Notes: generated by a model not told the origin, from the sequence alone. Numbered from the stretch's first letter, positions 29,879 to 40,976 are shown. The stretch: DNA of 64,000 bases from an uncultured Prevotellaceae bacterium (GCA_946406435.1 CAMJKP010000009.1:8166-72165); one strand, 5' to 3'. Made by a program: numbers and translations.

Positions 29879-31192
29879 ATGGGAAATCTCGTAGCAATAG
29901 TTGGACGCCCGAATGTGGGTAAGTCAACTCTTTTCAACAGACTGACACAGACTCGTCAGGCTATCGTAAGTGATGTAGCAGGCACTACACGTGACCGCCA
30001 ATATGGCAAGTGTGAATGGTGCGGCAAGGAATTCTCTGTCGTTGACACTGGCGGTTGGGTAGTAAACTCTGACGACATATTCGAAGATGCAATACGTCAG
30101 CAGGTACTCATCGCAACAGAGGAGGCTGACCTCGTGCTCTTCCTCGTCGATGTCCAGACAGGCGTAACCGACCTCGACACCGATGTGGCAGAGATACTTC
30201 GCAGGACAAAGCTCCCTGTCATCCTTGTAAGCAACAAGACCGACAATACCAATCAGCAGTACTATGCCGCAGAGTTCTATGCCCTCGGTCTCGGCGATCC
30301 TTTCTGCATAAGCGCCGCAACAGGTAGCGGAACAGGTGACCTTCTCGATGAGGTCCTGAAGAAACTCCCAGACGCTACTCCAGATGATATTGACAACAAC
30401 ATTCCACGTTTCGCAGTTGTAGGCCGTCCAAATGCAGGAAAGTCAAGTCTTATAAATGCCTTCATCGGAGAGGAGCGTAACATTGTGACAGATATCGCAG
30501 GTACTACTCGCGACTCTATCTATACACGCTATGACAAGTTCGGTTTCGACTTCTACCTCGTTGATACGGCAGGTATCCGTCGTAAGAACAAGGTGACAGA
30601 AGACCTTGAGTTCTATAGCGTTATGCGTTCTATCCGCGCTATCGAGAACTCTGACGTTTGTATCCTTATGATAGATGCAACACGTGGTATCGAGGCCCAG
30701 GACATGAACATCTTCCAGTTGATACAAAAGAACAACAAATCCCTCGTTGTCGTTGTAAACAAATGGGATTTGGTGCAGGAGAAGTCACAAAAGGTTATCG
30801 ACACCTTCGAGAATGCCATCCGAAACCGTATGGCTCCATTCACCGATTTCCCTATCATCTTCGCATCAGCACTCACCAAGCAGCGTATCTTCAAGGTTCT
30901 CGAGACAGCCAAGCAGGTATATCTCAACCGCAAGGCAAAGATAGGAACATCAAAGCTCAATGAGATCATGCTTCCTCTTATCGAGGCATTCCCTCCACAG
31001 TCTGTCAAGGGTAAGTACATCAAGATCAAGTACTGCAACCAGATTCCTGACACCCAGATTCCAAGCTTCGTGTTCTATGCCAACCTGCCTCAGTACATCC
31101 GCGAGAACTATCGCCGATTCCTTGAGAATAAGATTCGCGAGAACTGGACTCTGACAGGCACACCTATTAATATATTTATTAGGCAGAAGTAA
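29879..31192 (+). CDS. der: Ribosome biogenesis GTPase Der (EngA)
   Basis: Two G domains: [12 protein letters not shown] and [16 protein letters not shown]. Confidence 0.97.
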   Translation: MGNLVAIVGRPNVGKSTLFNRLTQTRQAIVSDVAGTTRDRQYGKCEWCGKEFSVVDTGGWVVNSDDIFEDAIRQQVLIATEEADLVLFLVDVQTGVTDLDTDVAEILRRTKLPVILVSNKTDNTNQQYYAAEFYALGLGDPFCISAATGSGTGDLLDEVLKKLPDATPDDIDNNIPRFAVVGRPNAGKSSLINAFIGEERNIVTDIAGTTRDSIYTRYDKFGFDFYLVDTAGIRRKNKVTEDLEFYSVMRSIRAIENSDVCILMIDATRGIEAQDMNIFQLIQKNNKSLVVVVNKWDLVQEKSQKVIDTFENAIRNRMAPFTDFPIIFASALTKQRIFKVLETAKQVYLNRKAKIGTSKLNEIMLPLIEAFPPQSVKGKYIKIKYCNQIPDTQIPSFVFYANLPQYIRENYRRFLENKIRENWTLTGTPINIFIRQK

Positions 31193-31200
31193 AAAGGCGA

Positions 31201-31382
31201 CCCCTTCCCGTCCTGCGGACACCCTTCCCCATGGAGGGGCAGGGTGGAGTTAGTCTTTACAATAAAAACCTATCATTCTAAAGACAATATATGTTCAATT
31301 ATATTCGTAATATAGCAAACTCTCTTAGGGATAGATACAATCTACTCCCCTCCCTTTACGGGAGGGGTTTGGGGGTGGGTCT
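31201..31382. repeat. Inverted REP-like doublet
   Basis: CCCCTTCCC[GTCC TGC GGAC]ACCCTTCCCCATGGAGGGGCAGGG...GTTAGT (31201-31254) and CTACTCCCCTCCCTTTACGGGAGGGGTTTGGGGGTGGGTCT (31342-31382). Confidence 0.8.
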
Positions 31383-31785
31383 TTTCCTCTCCCTTTCCCT
31401 CTTCTCCTGCAAAGAGGAGAACTCCAACCATGCTGACCTTGCGGCAGAGACTGCAAAGGTATATTACGAGCAGTTGCTAAACGGCGACATCGCTGCTTTC
31501 GTTGACGGCACGGTGATGCACGTCGATGTAGTGCCAACATATCGTGAGCAACTCGAAACGAATATGAAGATGTTCCTCGGACAGCAGGAACGTGAACATA
31601 AGGGCATCAAGTCAGTGAAGAAAGTGAAAGGCACGCTCACCTGCCCTACCGATGCGGAAGGTCAGCCAAAAGACACGGCGCACCTCTCTGCAAACGCATT
31701 CCTTATATTCAACTACGGTGATAACACAAGCGAACAGGTAGTAGTGCCTATGGTCAGGGTTAACGGCACATGGATGATGCGATAA
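31291..31785 (+). CDS. Hypothetical lipoprotein (NTF2-like); start uncertain
   Basis: Lipobox LFSC; C-terminal VVPMVRVNGTWMMR; the N-terminus reads through a REP-like repeat. Confidence 0.7.
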   Translation: MFNYIRNIANSLRDRYNLLPSLYGRGLGVGLFLSLSLFSCKEENSNHADLAAETAKVYYEQLLNGDIAAFVDGTVMHVDVVPTYREQLETNMKMFLGQQEREHKGIKSVKKVKGTLTCPTDAEGQPKDTAHLSANAFLIFNYGDNTSEQVVVPMVRVNGTWMMR

Positions 31786-31856
31786 CAACGCTCCCTCCTC
31801 TAACCCCTAACCTCTCCACTCTAACCTCAAGCACCCCTAACCTCAAGACCTAAATT

Positions 31857-33086
31857 ATGAAGAAACTAACTGCACTTCTGACTATGCTCGGGCTGACTAC
31901 CACCCTTTGCGCAGCAGAAAAAAACATAAAGGTGAAGGCGACAAACCCTTCACTAAACCCCAGATCGGCAGTACCCGTCGTCATAAAACTTGACAGCGAG
32001 ACCACCATGGCCGTTGTCAAACGAGGCAGCTACGAGATTCCATGTCAGCTCGACGACCTCAACGATGACGGCATAAACGATGAACTGTCATTCCTCACCG
32101 ACATGGCAGCCGGCGAGACACAGGAGTTCACCGTCACCCTTTCCTCCGACGGCACTCCAAAGAACTACCCTAACCGCACATACGGATACATCGGCATCCG
32201 CGACAGAAGTGAGAAAGAGCCTAAACATCAGAGAATCAATTCCGTGACATTCCCGAAGGACACCAATCCGTACAACTACATCTACCCTCACGGCGCTGTG
32301 ATGGAGAATGACATGATAGGCTTCCGCGTGTATTGCGACCATCGCCAGTCTATCGACCTCTACGGACATCGTCATCGTAAGATGGACATTGCCGAGACTG
32401 GTTTCTACACCACCCCACTCCAACGCCTTCAGGGCTATGGCGAGGACGTGCTCTACACAGGCAGCACCTACGGATGCGGCGCCTTGCACGGATGGAACGG
32501 CAAGAACGCCATCATGTTCGAGAACGTGCGCAACACCACACAGACGATAGTATGCGAAGGTCCCGTGCGCACCATTGTGGATATAACAAACAAAGCGTGG
32601 CGACCTGCTCCCGACTGCAAGCCTGTGGACATCGTGACGCGCTACATCCTATACTACGGACATCGTGACGTGGAGGTTCAGGTGAAGTTCTCGCGTCCTG
32701 TGCCCGACCTCCAACTCTCCACAGGTATCGTCGATATAGTGGAGGGAAGCGAGGAGTTCAGCGACAAGGCAGGACTTCGGGGCGATTGGGGCAGGGCATG
32801 TGCTGGGAACAACCCAAAGGTGTATGACACCATAACCGTGGGCCTCGGCATCTACGTTCCCCCTGTCTATTACAAGAGCGATGCCCACTATACCGACGGC
32901 AAGCCACGCCTCCCTAATCAGGCATACGTTCAGGTCGTAGGCACAAAGACAGACTCGCTCCACTACTGGTTCACCGCCACCTCCCATATCGAATCCTTCG
33001 GATTCAGCAATAAGGATGCTTGGTTTGAATGGCTAAAGAAATGGAAAGAAGAATTGGTTTTTCCAATTCTAATTAATAAAGAATAA
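31857..33086 (+). CDS. DUF4861 family secreted protein
   Basis: Signal peptide; IPCQLDDLNDDGINDEL, HGAVMENDMIGFRVY, GPVRTIV. Confidence 0.8.
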   Translation: MKKLTALLTMLGLTTTLCAAEKNIKVKATNPSLNPRSAVPVVIKLDSETTMAVVKRGSYEIPCQLDDLNDDGINDELSFLTDMAAGETQEFTVTLSSDGTPKNYPNRTYGYIGIRDRSEKEPKHQRINSVTFPKDTNPYNYIYPHGAVMENDMIGFRVYCDHRQSIDLYGHRHRKMDIAETGFYTTPLQRLQGYGEDVLYTGSTYGCGALHGWNGKNAIMFENVRNTTQTIVCEGPVRTIVDITNKAWRPAPDCKPVDIVTRYILYYGHRDVEVQVKFSRPVPDLQLSTGIVDIVEGSEEFSDKAGLRGDWGRACAGNNPKVYDTITVGLGIYVPPVYYKSDAHYTDGKPRLPNQAYVQVVGTKTDSLHYWFTATSHIESFGFSNKDAWFEWLKKWKEELVFPILINKE

Positions 33087-33182
33087 TGAATAATTAATAA
33101 TTGAATTACCAACATGCCTTTTCACACTCCGGCTCCCTCCCTACGGGGGAGGGCGGGGGGAGAGGCCGATTATACTTTTCCT

Positions 33183-34583
33183 ATGGAATCAATATTCTCT
33201 TACATCATCGGCCTTGGTGCCGCAGTAATGATGCCTGTCATCTTCACCATACTCGGAGTGTGCATCGGCATCAAGTTCTCAAAAGCCCTGAAGAGCGGAC
33301 TCTACGTAGGTGTCGGCTTCGTAGGACTCGGAGTCATCACAGGACTGCTGACCTCCAGTCTCGGACCTGCACTCGGACAGGTAGTGGATATCTACAATCT
33401 GAAGCTCGATGTCTTCGACATGGGATGGCCTGCTGCCGCATCTGTGGCATACAACACCACCGTGGGCGCATTCATCATCCCCGTATGCCTCGGCGTCAAC
33501 CTCCTGCTCCTGTTCACAGGCTTCACACGCACGGTCAACATCGACCTATGGAACTACTGGCACTTCGCCTTCATCGGAGCCGTGATCTATTTCCTTACCG
33601 ACAGCATCATGTGGGGCTTCTTCGCCGCCATCATCTGCTATATCATCACCCTCGTACTTGCCGACATGACGGCAAAGAAGTTCCAGAAGTTCTACCCTGG
33701 CATGGAGGGTATATCCATCCCACAGCCTTTCTGTCAGGGCTTCACACCTATCGCCATCGGCATTGGTAAGGTGCTCGACCGTATTCCGGGCTTCGACAAG
33801 CTCAACATCGATGCTGAGGGTATGAAGAAGAAATTCGGCATCTTCGGCGAACCTCTCTTCCTCGGTGTCATCATCGGCATCATCATCGGATGCCTTGCAT
33901 GCAAGAACACTCAGGAACTCATCGACAACATCCCTGCCACCCTCGGACTCGGTATCAAGATGGGTGCCGTCATGGAGCTTATCCCTCGCATCACAGGTCT
34001 CTTCATCGAAGGCCTTAAGCCTATCTCCGAATCCACACGCGAGCTTATAGCGAAGAAATTCGGGGCAGACAAGGAGTTCTACATCGGCATGTCCCCAGCC
34101 CTCGTCATCGGACACCCTACAACCCTCATCGTGTCCCTGCTGCTCATCCCTGTCACTCTCGTCCTCGCCGTCATACTCCCAGGCAACCAGTTCCTGCCAT
34201 TGGCATCCCTTGCAGGAATGTTCTACGTCTTCGTAATGGTACTCCCCTACACCAACGGCAACGTGGTGAAGTCATTCATCGTGGGACTCGTCGTCATCGC
34301 AGCCGGACTCTACTTTGTCACCCTGATGTCAGAGAACTTCACCTCCGCAGCGCAGGCGGTATCAGCAGCACATCCCGACGACAAGGCAGTACAGGTGCCA
34401 GACGGCTTCAGCGCCGGCTCCCTCGACTTCGCCTCATCCCCAATCGCCTTTCTCATCTATGCCTGCATGAAGTACGTCTTCACATGGATTGGTGCAGCGA
34501 TACTCACCGTTCTCACAGCGGGATTGTTAATATGGAATAAAAAGACCCACCCCCTCACCCCTCCCGTAAAGGAAGGGGAGTAG
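33183..34583 (+). CDS. PTS galactitol-family EIIC-like permease (orphan)
   Basis: LGAAVMMP, DMGWPAAA, TRTVNIDLWNYWHFAF, FGEP, L.PR; probable start MESIF at 33183 (the upstream extension is translated repeat). Confidence 0.85.
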   Translation: MESIFSYIIGLGAAVMMPVIFTILGVCIGIKFSKALKSGLYVGVGFVGLGVITGLLTSSLGPALGQVVDIYNLKLDVFDMGWPAAASVAYNTTVGAFIIPVCLGVNLLLLFTGFTRTVNIDLWNYWHFAFIGAVIYFLTDSIMWGFFAAIICYIITLVLADMTAKKFQKFYPGMEGISIPQPFCQGFTPIAIGIGKVLDRIPGFDKLNIDAEGMKKKFGIFGEPLFLGVIIGIIIGCLACKNTQELIDNIPATLGLGIKMGAVMELIPRITGLFIEGLKPISESTRELIAKKFGADKEFYIGMSPALVIGHPTTLIVSLLLIPVTLVLAVILPGNQFLPLASLAGMFYVFVMVLPYTNGNVVKSFIVGLVVIAAGLYFVTLMSENFTSAAQAVSAAHPDDKAVQVPDGFSAGSLDFASSPIAFLIYACMKYVFTWIGAAILTVLTAGLLIWNKKTHPLTPPVKEGE

Positions 34584-34721
34584 TTACAACTATTCCTACA
34601 AATGGGTGGATCAAGATAATTGATAACTGAAATAATAACAATAAAAAAATGCCCTAATACCCTCAAGACAGAAATACTATCTACTCCCCTCCCTTTACGG
34701 GAGGGGTCTGGGGGTGGGTCT
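34543..34721. repeat. Inverted REP-like doublet
   Basis: AGACCCACCCCCTCACCCCTCCCGTAAAGGAAGGGGAGTAG (overlaps the EIIC stop codon) and its inverse CTACTCCCCTCCCTTTACGGGAGGGGTCTGGGGGTGGGTCT. Confidence 0.85.
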
Positions 34722-34727
34722 TTTACT

Positions 34728-35741
34728 ATGCACAAATCACTATTCACTCTTGCCCTTGCTTGGTTTTGCATGGGCATCAACGCACAGGAAGCTGACCGCT
34801 ACGTAGGCTATCAGCATGTAAAGTTCCAAACCGCTTGTCATCCTAAGGATGTCAAGGGCTATGACACCAAGACTCTCCGTGAGCGTTTCGTCATGGAGAA
34901 AGTAATGGAGGCTGACTCTATCCTCCTCACCTACTCCCACTACGACCGCTTCATCTTCGGCGGTGCCATGCCTGTGGAGAAGACCCTGAAGCTCGAGAAC
35001 TTCTGGGAACTGGGCCTCGATGTCGATAAGACCATCCCCGAGAAATACTTCATGTATAACCGTGAGCTCGGCATCGTGAACTGCGGACTTGGCGACGGCG
35101 TTGTCATCGTCGATGGCAAGGAGTACCCACTACAGCCAAAGGAGGCTCTCTATATCGGACGCGGACACATAGGCAAGGATAAGAAAGGCAACTCCATCGA
35201 CGAGAACAAGTCTGTTGAGTTCCGTTCAAAGGACCCAAAGAACCCGGCCAAGTTCTATCTCAACTCTGCCACCGCACATCAGCACTACAAGACACAGTGG
35301 ATCACCCTCGACGGTCGCAAGGGCTCTCTCAAGGCTGCCGTATGGGGACCAGTAGGCTCTGTTGAGGAAGCTAACTCACGCACGGTGTATAAGCTCATCG
35401 TAAACGACGTACTCGAGGAAGGTCCATGTCAGCTCCAGCTCGGTCTCACACAGCTCAACCCAGGAGCCGTATGGAACACCATGCCACCTCACACCCACGG
35501 CCGCCGCATCGAGGCATACTATTACTTCAACCTCCCCGACGGACAGACCATCTCACACGTTATGGGCGAGCCACAGGAGAGCCGTGCCGTATGGCTTCAC
35601 AACGAACAGGCAATCATGAGTCCAGAGTGGTCAATGCACGCAGCAGCCGGCACCTACTACTACACCTTCATCTGGGGTATGGCAGGCGAGAACCTCTACT
35701 ATAACGACAAGGATAATATTCCGGTGATAGATATCCGTTAA
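34728..35741 (+). CDS. kduI: 5-dehydro-4-deoxy-D-glucuronate isomerase with N-terminal signal peptide
   Basis: [69 protein letters not shown]. Confidence 0.93.
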   Translation: MHKSLFTLALAWFCMGINAQEADRYVGYQHVKFQTACHPKDVKGYDTKTLRERFVMEKVMEADSILLTYSHYDRFIFGGAMPVEKTLKLENFWELGLDVDKTIPEKYFMYNRELGIVNCGLGDGVVIVDGKEYPLQPKEALYIGRGHIGKDKKGNSIDENKSVEFRSKDPKNPAKFYLNSATAHQHYKTQWITLDGRKGSLKAAVWGPVGSVEEANSRTVYKLIVNDVLEEGPCQLQLGLTQLNPGAVWNTMPPHTHGRRIEAYYYFNLPDGQTISHVMGEPQESRAVWLHNEQAIMSPEWSMHAAAGTYYYTFIWGMAGENLYYNDKDNIPVIDIR

Positions 35742-35744
35742 AGA

Positions 35745-35845
35745 CCCCTTTCTGCCCTCCGGGCATCCTTCTCCGTGGAGGGGCAGGAGGAAGTTAGTAG
35801 TTACGATTAATAATGCCGCTTATGGAACAATCCATAAGCGGCATT
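35745..35845 (+). repeat. REP-like copy followed by a terminator hairpin
   Basis: CCCCTTTCT[GCCC TCC GGGC]ATCCTTCTCCGTGGAGGGGCAGG...GTTAGT, then AATGCCGCTTATGGA...TCCATAAGCGGCATT. Confidence 0.75.
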
Positions 35846-36053
35846 TCCTGTTGCGCCTCACCCTAACCTCTTAACTCTAACCCTTTAACTCTAACCTCTC
35901 CACTCTAACCCTTAAAAACGCTCCTTCCCCTCTCTTATTGCATTCCTCCCACAATATTTTTGTCTTTTTGAATGAATCTCAAATCCGATGCAATATCCAC
36001 GGGAAACCACGTTATAACAGCAAGTTAAACCTATAAAAACTTAGATTATAACA

Positions 36054-36635
36054 ATGAAGAAGACAATCATCACAATCATGCTCGCCATCATGAGTATGGC
36101 GACATTCGCACAGAAAGAACCTGGTACCCTCACCTTCTACCCACGTGTAGGAGTCAATTTCTCAACATTCTCAGATGGCAGAATCTATCATCTTGACGAA
36201 AGCTATACAGAAAGCGATTTCAAACCCGGACTTGTCATAGGAGCAGAATTAGAATACCAGCTCAGCAATCAATTTGCCCTTGGCGTAGGCGCGTTATACA
36301 GTCAGCAGGGTGAACAATACGATCTGCCGAGCGGATACACAGAAAATGACAAGACGAAATACGAGACCATCAACATACCGTTGCTTGCAATCTTCAAAAC
36401 TCACTTCGGACTATCAGTAAAAGGCGGTCTCCAACCCGAGTTCACCATCAACAATCCCGACTTCAAGGCAAAGAAGGTAAACCTCTCCCTCCCCCTCGGT
36501 CTGTCCTACGAATACAAGAACCTCAGTCTCGACCTCCGATACAACCTCGGGCTCACAAATGTCTGGGATTATGTAAATTCCACAGAAAAGAACCGCACCA
36601 TTATGATCACCCTCGGATATGGAGTGGAGCTTTAA
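36054..36635 (+). CDS. Outer-membrane beta-barrel (porin family / OmpA-like TM domain) protein
   Basis: Signal peptide (TFAQ), PRVGVNFS, LYSQQG, DLRYNLGLTN, terminal beta strand. Confidence 0.85.
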   Translation: MKKTIITIMLAIMSMATFAQKEPGTLTFYPRVGVNFSTFSDGRIYHLDESYTESDFKPGLVIGAELEYQLSNQFALGVGALYSQQGEQYDLPSGYTENDKTKYETINIPLLAIFKTHFGLSVKGGLQPEFTINNPDFKAKKVNLSLPLGLSYEYKNLSLDLRYNLGLTNVWDYVNSTEKNRTIMITLGYGVEL

Positions 36636-36641
36636 AACACC

Positions 36642-36676
36642 GAAGGTGCGATACCTATTATATGTATCGCACCTTC
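36642..36676. terminator. Hairpin between convergent genes
   Basis: GAAGGTGCGATAC...GTATCGCACCTTC, perfect 13-bp stem. Confidence 0.7.
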
Positions 36677-36726
36677 AGCGTTATAATTTACTGTTTTTAC
36701 TTATAATTTACTTTCCAAATTATTCA

Positions 36727-37671
36727 TTACTCATTATTCATTACAATAGGTTCTCCCCACTCACTATCCACCATCACAGCGGCATCTGCGCCATCCGCCT
36801 GGAAGAAGGAGCCTGTAACCGACGTTTTGGAATTAATCCTCATCTGAATTCCCTCAATATTACGAGTAAGCACAAGCTCGTCAGAAGAATTATAGAATTC
36901 AAACTTCGCATCAATAGTCGTCTCAACGGCAGGAAGGAACACATGGCTGTACACATTCGACATAACGCCCGCACTCGATTTCCAATTGCTGATATTCACC
37001 ATCGACGTGGTATAAGTCGTAGCATCCGCACCAATCTGATTCCTAAGATCATATTTTGAGCTGACACCCGTCAGAAAGACTTTGAACTTCGTCACCTCCG
37101 CAGGAACCACATCCGTAGAGGTGAAGTTCACCATAGCCACACAGCGCGTCAGCTTACAGCTCACCGCCTTACGCTTGTTCTTCGTAATCACCACCTCATC
37201 ACTATAGCTGAAACTATCCGTTACGTGATTGTTAAACCCCTGAATACTGCCATCAGTACCCACGGAGATAGGATTTCCGTTCTTCTCGTTATGCGCAAAC
37301 ACCATCAGACGGTAAGTGCCAGGCTCAAGGTTCACCGAAAGCGTACCAAACGAGTTACCGCCCCCATTAATCTGCTCCGAGTTATGCACTATCGTCTCAC
37401 CGTTCATTATGACATACTGCACCCTATTGGCGCAGTCCGCTAGAGGCACAGACGAACCACGTGTCATCTCACTCTGTGTCTGAGAGAAAGAGCAAGACAC
37501 ATACAGCTCACCCGTTTCCTTTGCCGTTATTTCAGTATCATCACCGTCATCACTATCAATATCTGTCAGTATAGCCTTCTCACAAGAAGAGAACAAGGCA
37601 CAAGACATTAATGCAGCGACCATCGCAGCAAACGGCATGGAAAGACGATAAAAAGAATTATTCATTTTCAT
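36727..37671 (-). CDS. FimB/Mfa2-like (type V pilin) lipoprotein
   Basis: Lipobox FSSC, TRG processing-like site, LEPGTYRL, L.RCVAMV, IQMRINSKTSVTG; start MKMNN at 37671. Confidence 0.7.
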   Translation of the reverse strand: MKMNNSFYRLSMPFAAMVAALMSCALFSSCEKAILTDIDSDDGDDTEITAKETGELYVSCSFSQTQSEMTRGSSVPLADCANRVQYVIMNGETIVHNSEQINGGGNSFGTLSVNLEPGTYRLMVFAHNEKNGNPISVGTDGSIQGFNNHVTDSFSYSDEVVITKNKRKAVSCKLTRCVAMVNFTSTDVVPAEVTKFKVFLTGVSSKYDLRNQIGADATTYTTSMVNISNWKSSAGVMSNVYSHVFLPAVETTIDAKFEFYNSSDELVLTRNIEGIQMRINSKTSVTGSFFQADGADAAVMVDSEWGEPIVMNNE

Positions 37672-37947
37672 AATTAGATTAATAAAATTGTTATATAAAT
37701 ATTTTAATTCTTGTTGGAAATAAATGTATTTTGGCAATATCTGCCCCACATTTACAAGCGCATATCTATAACACGCAGATGCAAAGATAAACAAAAAAGC
37801 AGAAAACAAAATATGTATCTCAGGAAAAAAATGTCACGAAGATACATTTTCACAATATTTGCAATGGAGAGATTGCAAACTGACACCCTTATTGGTTTTA
37901 TGAATGTAAATAAATTCACTAAAATCATTCTTTGCTGTCAGTTATAT

Positions 37948-38075
37948 GTAAGTCCGTTGCAGGTCCGATGTAAGTCCGTAGTAAGTCCCATGTAACTCCC
38001 ATTTTCCTCCCATGATCCTATAGTTCAGGAACGGATTTGAAGCGGACTTGAAGCGAAGGAGAAGCGGACCTGAGA
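37948..38075 (-). repeat. 11-bp-period array C'
   Basis: GTAAGTCCGTT GCAGGTCCGAT GTAAGTCCGTA GTAAGTCCCAT GTAACTCCCAT ... GGAACGGATTT GAAGCGGACTT GAAGCGAAGGA GAAGCGGACCT. Confidence 0.85.
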
Positions 38076-38329
38076 GGGAAGAGATTATTTGACCACGGAA
38101 AACACAAAAGAACGAAAATCTGAAATCTGTGTTCAAGAAGGACAGTAATGTCATAATTATCTTTTTAATTTATGTCATAATTAGTGTTTCGCCGCAAGGT
38201 TTCAGGCTTGCAACATTAATTTGGCGTTAATTGAGACATAAATTAAAACATTAATAAAAACATGAATTTATGCTTCTTTCATGTTCAAAATGGGGTTTTA
38301 TCTTCAAATTACAGAGGAAAAAGTCTATT

Positions 38330-38620
38330 TTTTAGTGTTTTGACAAGCTAAAAATGAAAAAAATCATGTACATGGAAGAACTGTCCAATATCAATTGCTT
38401 GTATATCAAGTAGTTCGGTATGAGTGTGACAGTTAGGACAGTTGGACAGTTTAGTTTTCGATAGAACGACTTTCTATCTTTTTTGTATCTTTCTTTTCTT
38501 ATAACTATTTTATTATTAATCATTTATAATGTATAATATATATAACAATAGAAAAAAGAGATAAATGTATATACCCCAAAATATCTGTCCTAACTGTCCT
38601 ATTGTCCGACTGTCTGCCAC
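38330..38620. repeat. Iteron-like block C (word CTGTCC / GGACAG) with AT-rich core
   Basis: TGACAGTTAGGACAGTTGGACAG (about 38428-38450) inverted with CTGTCCTAACTGTCCTATTGTCCGACTGTC (38585-38614). Confidence 0.75.
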
Positions 38621-38908
38621 GCCCTGCCCCAGAAAGACTACTTCCCTACAAGGCCTTTTATACCCTCGCGTAACTCTTCACATACCTCAGCAGTAGTGCT
38701 CTCGCTATCTCAAACCCATACAAGGGCACAAAAATCATCAAAATTTACCTCTCGCAGATGTCGCTTGGGATTAGTGAGACTATCAATCCGATGCTCTCAT
38801 CGCCTACACGAACATTTACATCCTACCAATCTGTAATTGGTCTAATTCACGTAACATATTAAAAAGAGGACATCTCTTGCGAAATGCCCTCATCAATAGT
38901 TTTATCAA

Positions 38909-39541
38909 TTACTTGACGCCTGTGAGTTTGAGGATTGCCTTGGCGTTGTCATCGCCCTCTGAGGCTTTCTTGCGTATCTTGGCGAGGATGTCCTTACCGC
39001 CTTTCTCGTTGGCTATGGCTTTCTTGAACCATGAGGCTGCCTTCTTCTGGTCGGCTGTGATGCCCTTGCCTTTCATATAGCACTTGCCTAACTGATACTG
39101 CGCGTCGGCATTGTCGCCCTGCGCTGCCTTGGCGAAGTATTCCGCTGCTTTCTTTAGATCCTTTGCCGTTCCGATGCCGTCCTTGTAGCACATGCCTAAG
39201 GCGTACTGTCCCTTTGGATAGTCCTTGAGCGCCGACTTGGTGTACCATTGGAATGCGAGTGCCTCATCCTTGGCTACTCCACGTCCTTTCTCGTAGCATC
39301 GTCCCAGACGATACTGCGCCTTCTTGTGTCCTTTCTCTGCTGCTACCTTCAGCTTCGGGAATGCCTGGTCGTAGTTCTTTGCCTCGTAGAGTGCCTTGCC
39401 TTCCTTGAAGAGCTGGTTGACGTTTTGGGCGTTTGTCCCCATACTTACCATCATCATTAGTATGGTGACAAACGCCAATTGATAATTGACAATTGAAAAT
39501 TGAAAATTTTTCAGAAAGTTGGTATTAATTGCTATTGACAT
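38909..39541 (-). CDS. Sel1-like repeat protein (start uncertain)
   Basis: AQYRLGRCYEKGRGV, GQYALGMCYKDGIG, AQYQLGKCYMKGKG. Confidence 0.9.
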   Translation of the reverse strand: MSIAINTNFLKNFQFSIVNYQLAFVTILMMMVSMGTNAQNVNQLFKEGKALYEAKNYDQAFPKLKVAAEKGHKKAQYRLGRCYEKGRGVAKDEALAFQWYTKSALKDYPKGQYALGMCYKDGIGTAKDLKKAAEYFAKAAQGDNADAQYQLGKCYMKGKGITADQKKAASWFKKAIANEKGGKDILAKIRKKASEGDDNAKAILKLTGVK

Positions 39542-39576
39542 GATGACGATATTTTAAGATTATAAAATTATGTTCT

Positions 39577-40740
39577 TTAATAGCTGATGTTCACATTTTT
39601 CTTGGTGATGGTGGCGACGGCGGGGTTGCCTGTGACGGTGACGCAATGGTCGAGGCGGTCGGAGTCGGAGGTGGAGTCGTCGCCGTAGCCGCTATCGCAA
39701 GCCCAGCTCTTGCTTACCTTTGCGGAGAAGGTGCCTCCGCTTATGTTGATGCCTGTCATTGCCTTGATAGCCTTTGGCTTGCCCTCTTCGTTGTCGCCTG
39801 TGGTGGTGGCTGTGAGGGTGCCTCCGCTGAAGTCTACCTTGCCGGAGGTGTTGATGCCCTTGCCTCCATCGCCGCTGCTTGTCATGGTGAGGGTGCCACC
39901 CGTCATGGTGAAGTCACGGTCGCACTTGATGCATGCTGCGCTGCTGTAGTCGTCTTCTTCCTCGTCGTACACGCAGTCGCCGCTTGTAGTGATAGTGGTG
40001 GTGCCGCCTGTGATGACGACAACGGAGTCGGACTTGATGCCTCGTGCTGCATCGGCTGTGACGTCGATGTCGATGGTTCCGTTATTGATCCATAGACCGT
40101 CGTTGACCTTGATGCCTGTGCCTGTGGATGTCTTGACGTTGAGGGTGATGTTGTCCTCGATGATGATATAGTCATCGGAGGCGATGGCATGGCGGCAGTT
40201 GCCTGTGACGTTGAGGGTGCCGTTGCCCATGAGGTATATCTGTCCCTCGCTGAAGAGTGCGCCTTTCTGTGATACTGCCTCGCCTGAGGTGTTGGTGAGG
40301 GTAGCGTATGTGGTGCCGTCGGTAAGGGTGTTGACGGTGCCGGTGTTCACATAGAGGTAGAGTCCTTTCTTGCACTGGTTGTTGATGGCAGGGCCGTTGG
40401 CGTTGTTGAGTGTGACGCCGTTGAGCTGTATGCCGTATTTCTTCCCGCGCCATACGAGCAATGAGCCGTTGTCGCTGCTACCGCTGAGCACGAGGAGGAG
40501 GGAGTCGGTATCGGTGGCGGTGTTCACGGTGACGTGGGCACCGTCGGTTGTGACGAAGCCTTTGTCGTCACCTGTGACGGTGACGGCGTTGCCGTTGTAG
40601 GCTATGGAGATGGTATGGATGGTGGAGACAGGGGGTGTCTCTCCTCCGCCCTGCTCCATATAGTCGGTGAAGTCGGAGTCGTCGTTCTGACAACTCACCA
40701 TCATCGCAACCGCCATCAAGCACAAAAATATTTTCTTCAT
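39577..40740 (-). CDS. Cthe_2159/DUF4353-like beta-helix carbohydrate-binding lipoprotein
   Basis: Lipobox MVSC; LNGVTLNN.NGPAINNQ, NTLTDG, KGALFSEGQI, HAIASDDY, repeated I.GGT. Confidence 0.82.
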   Translation of the reverse strand: MKKIFLCLMAVAMMVSCQNDDSDFTDYMEQGGGETPPVSTIHTISIAYNGNAVTVTGDDKGFVTTDGAHVTVNTATDTDSLLLVLSGSSDNGSLLVWRGKKYGIQLNGVTLNNANGPAINNQCKKGLYLYVNTGTVNTLTDGTTYATLTNTSGEAVSQKGALFSEGQIYLMGNGTLNVTGNCRHAIASDDYIIIEDNITLNVKTSTGTGIKVNDGLWINNGTIDIDVTADAARGIKSDSVVVITGGTTTITTSGDCVYDEEEDDYSSAACIKCDRDFTMTGGTLTMTSSGDGGKGINTSGKVDFSGGTLTATTTGDNEEGKPKAIKAMTGINISGGTFSAKVSKSWACDSGYGDDSTSDSDRLDHCVTVTGNPAVATITKKNVNISY

Positions 40741-40873
40741 TTATGATATTTACTATTTAGCTATTGACTAATTACTATTTATTTACTATTTTATAAATTT
40801 ACGATTTCCGCAAGTTCTGTATTGCCAGTATGGGAACACATAGCGAGGAACTGAAACGGGAATCAATAAGGTA

Positions 40874-40976
40874 CAGCCTTCCAGGCTGACAAGGAATTGT
40901 GATTTCCTTTATCCGGGGGCATCCTTTTCCTTCGTCAAGTATGCCCTCGGTTACTCACAGTATAGCCTTCCAGGCT
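40874..40976. repeat. Multi-hairpin REP-like element (AGCCTTCCAGGCT x2)
   Basis: AGCCT-TCC-AGGCT at 40875 and 40964, enclosing a CCGGGGGCAT...ATGCCCTCGG stem. Confidence 0.6.

Noticed and set aside
33114-33182. N-terminal extensions of EIIC (33114) and KduI (34620-34727) as real coding sequence
   Set aside because: They are translations of intergenic repeats; better starts exist at 33183 and 34728.
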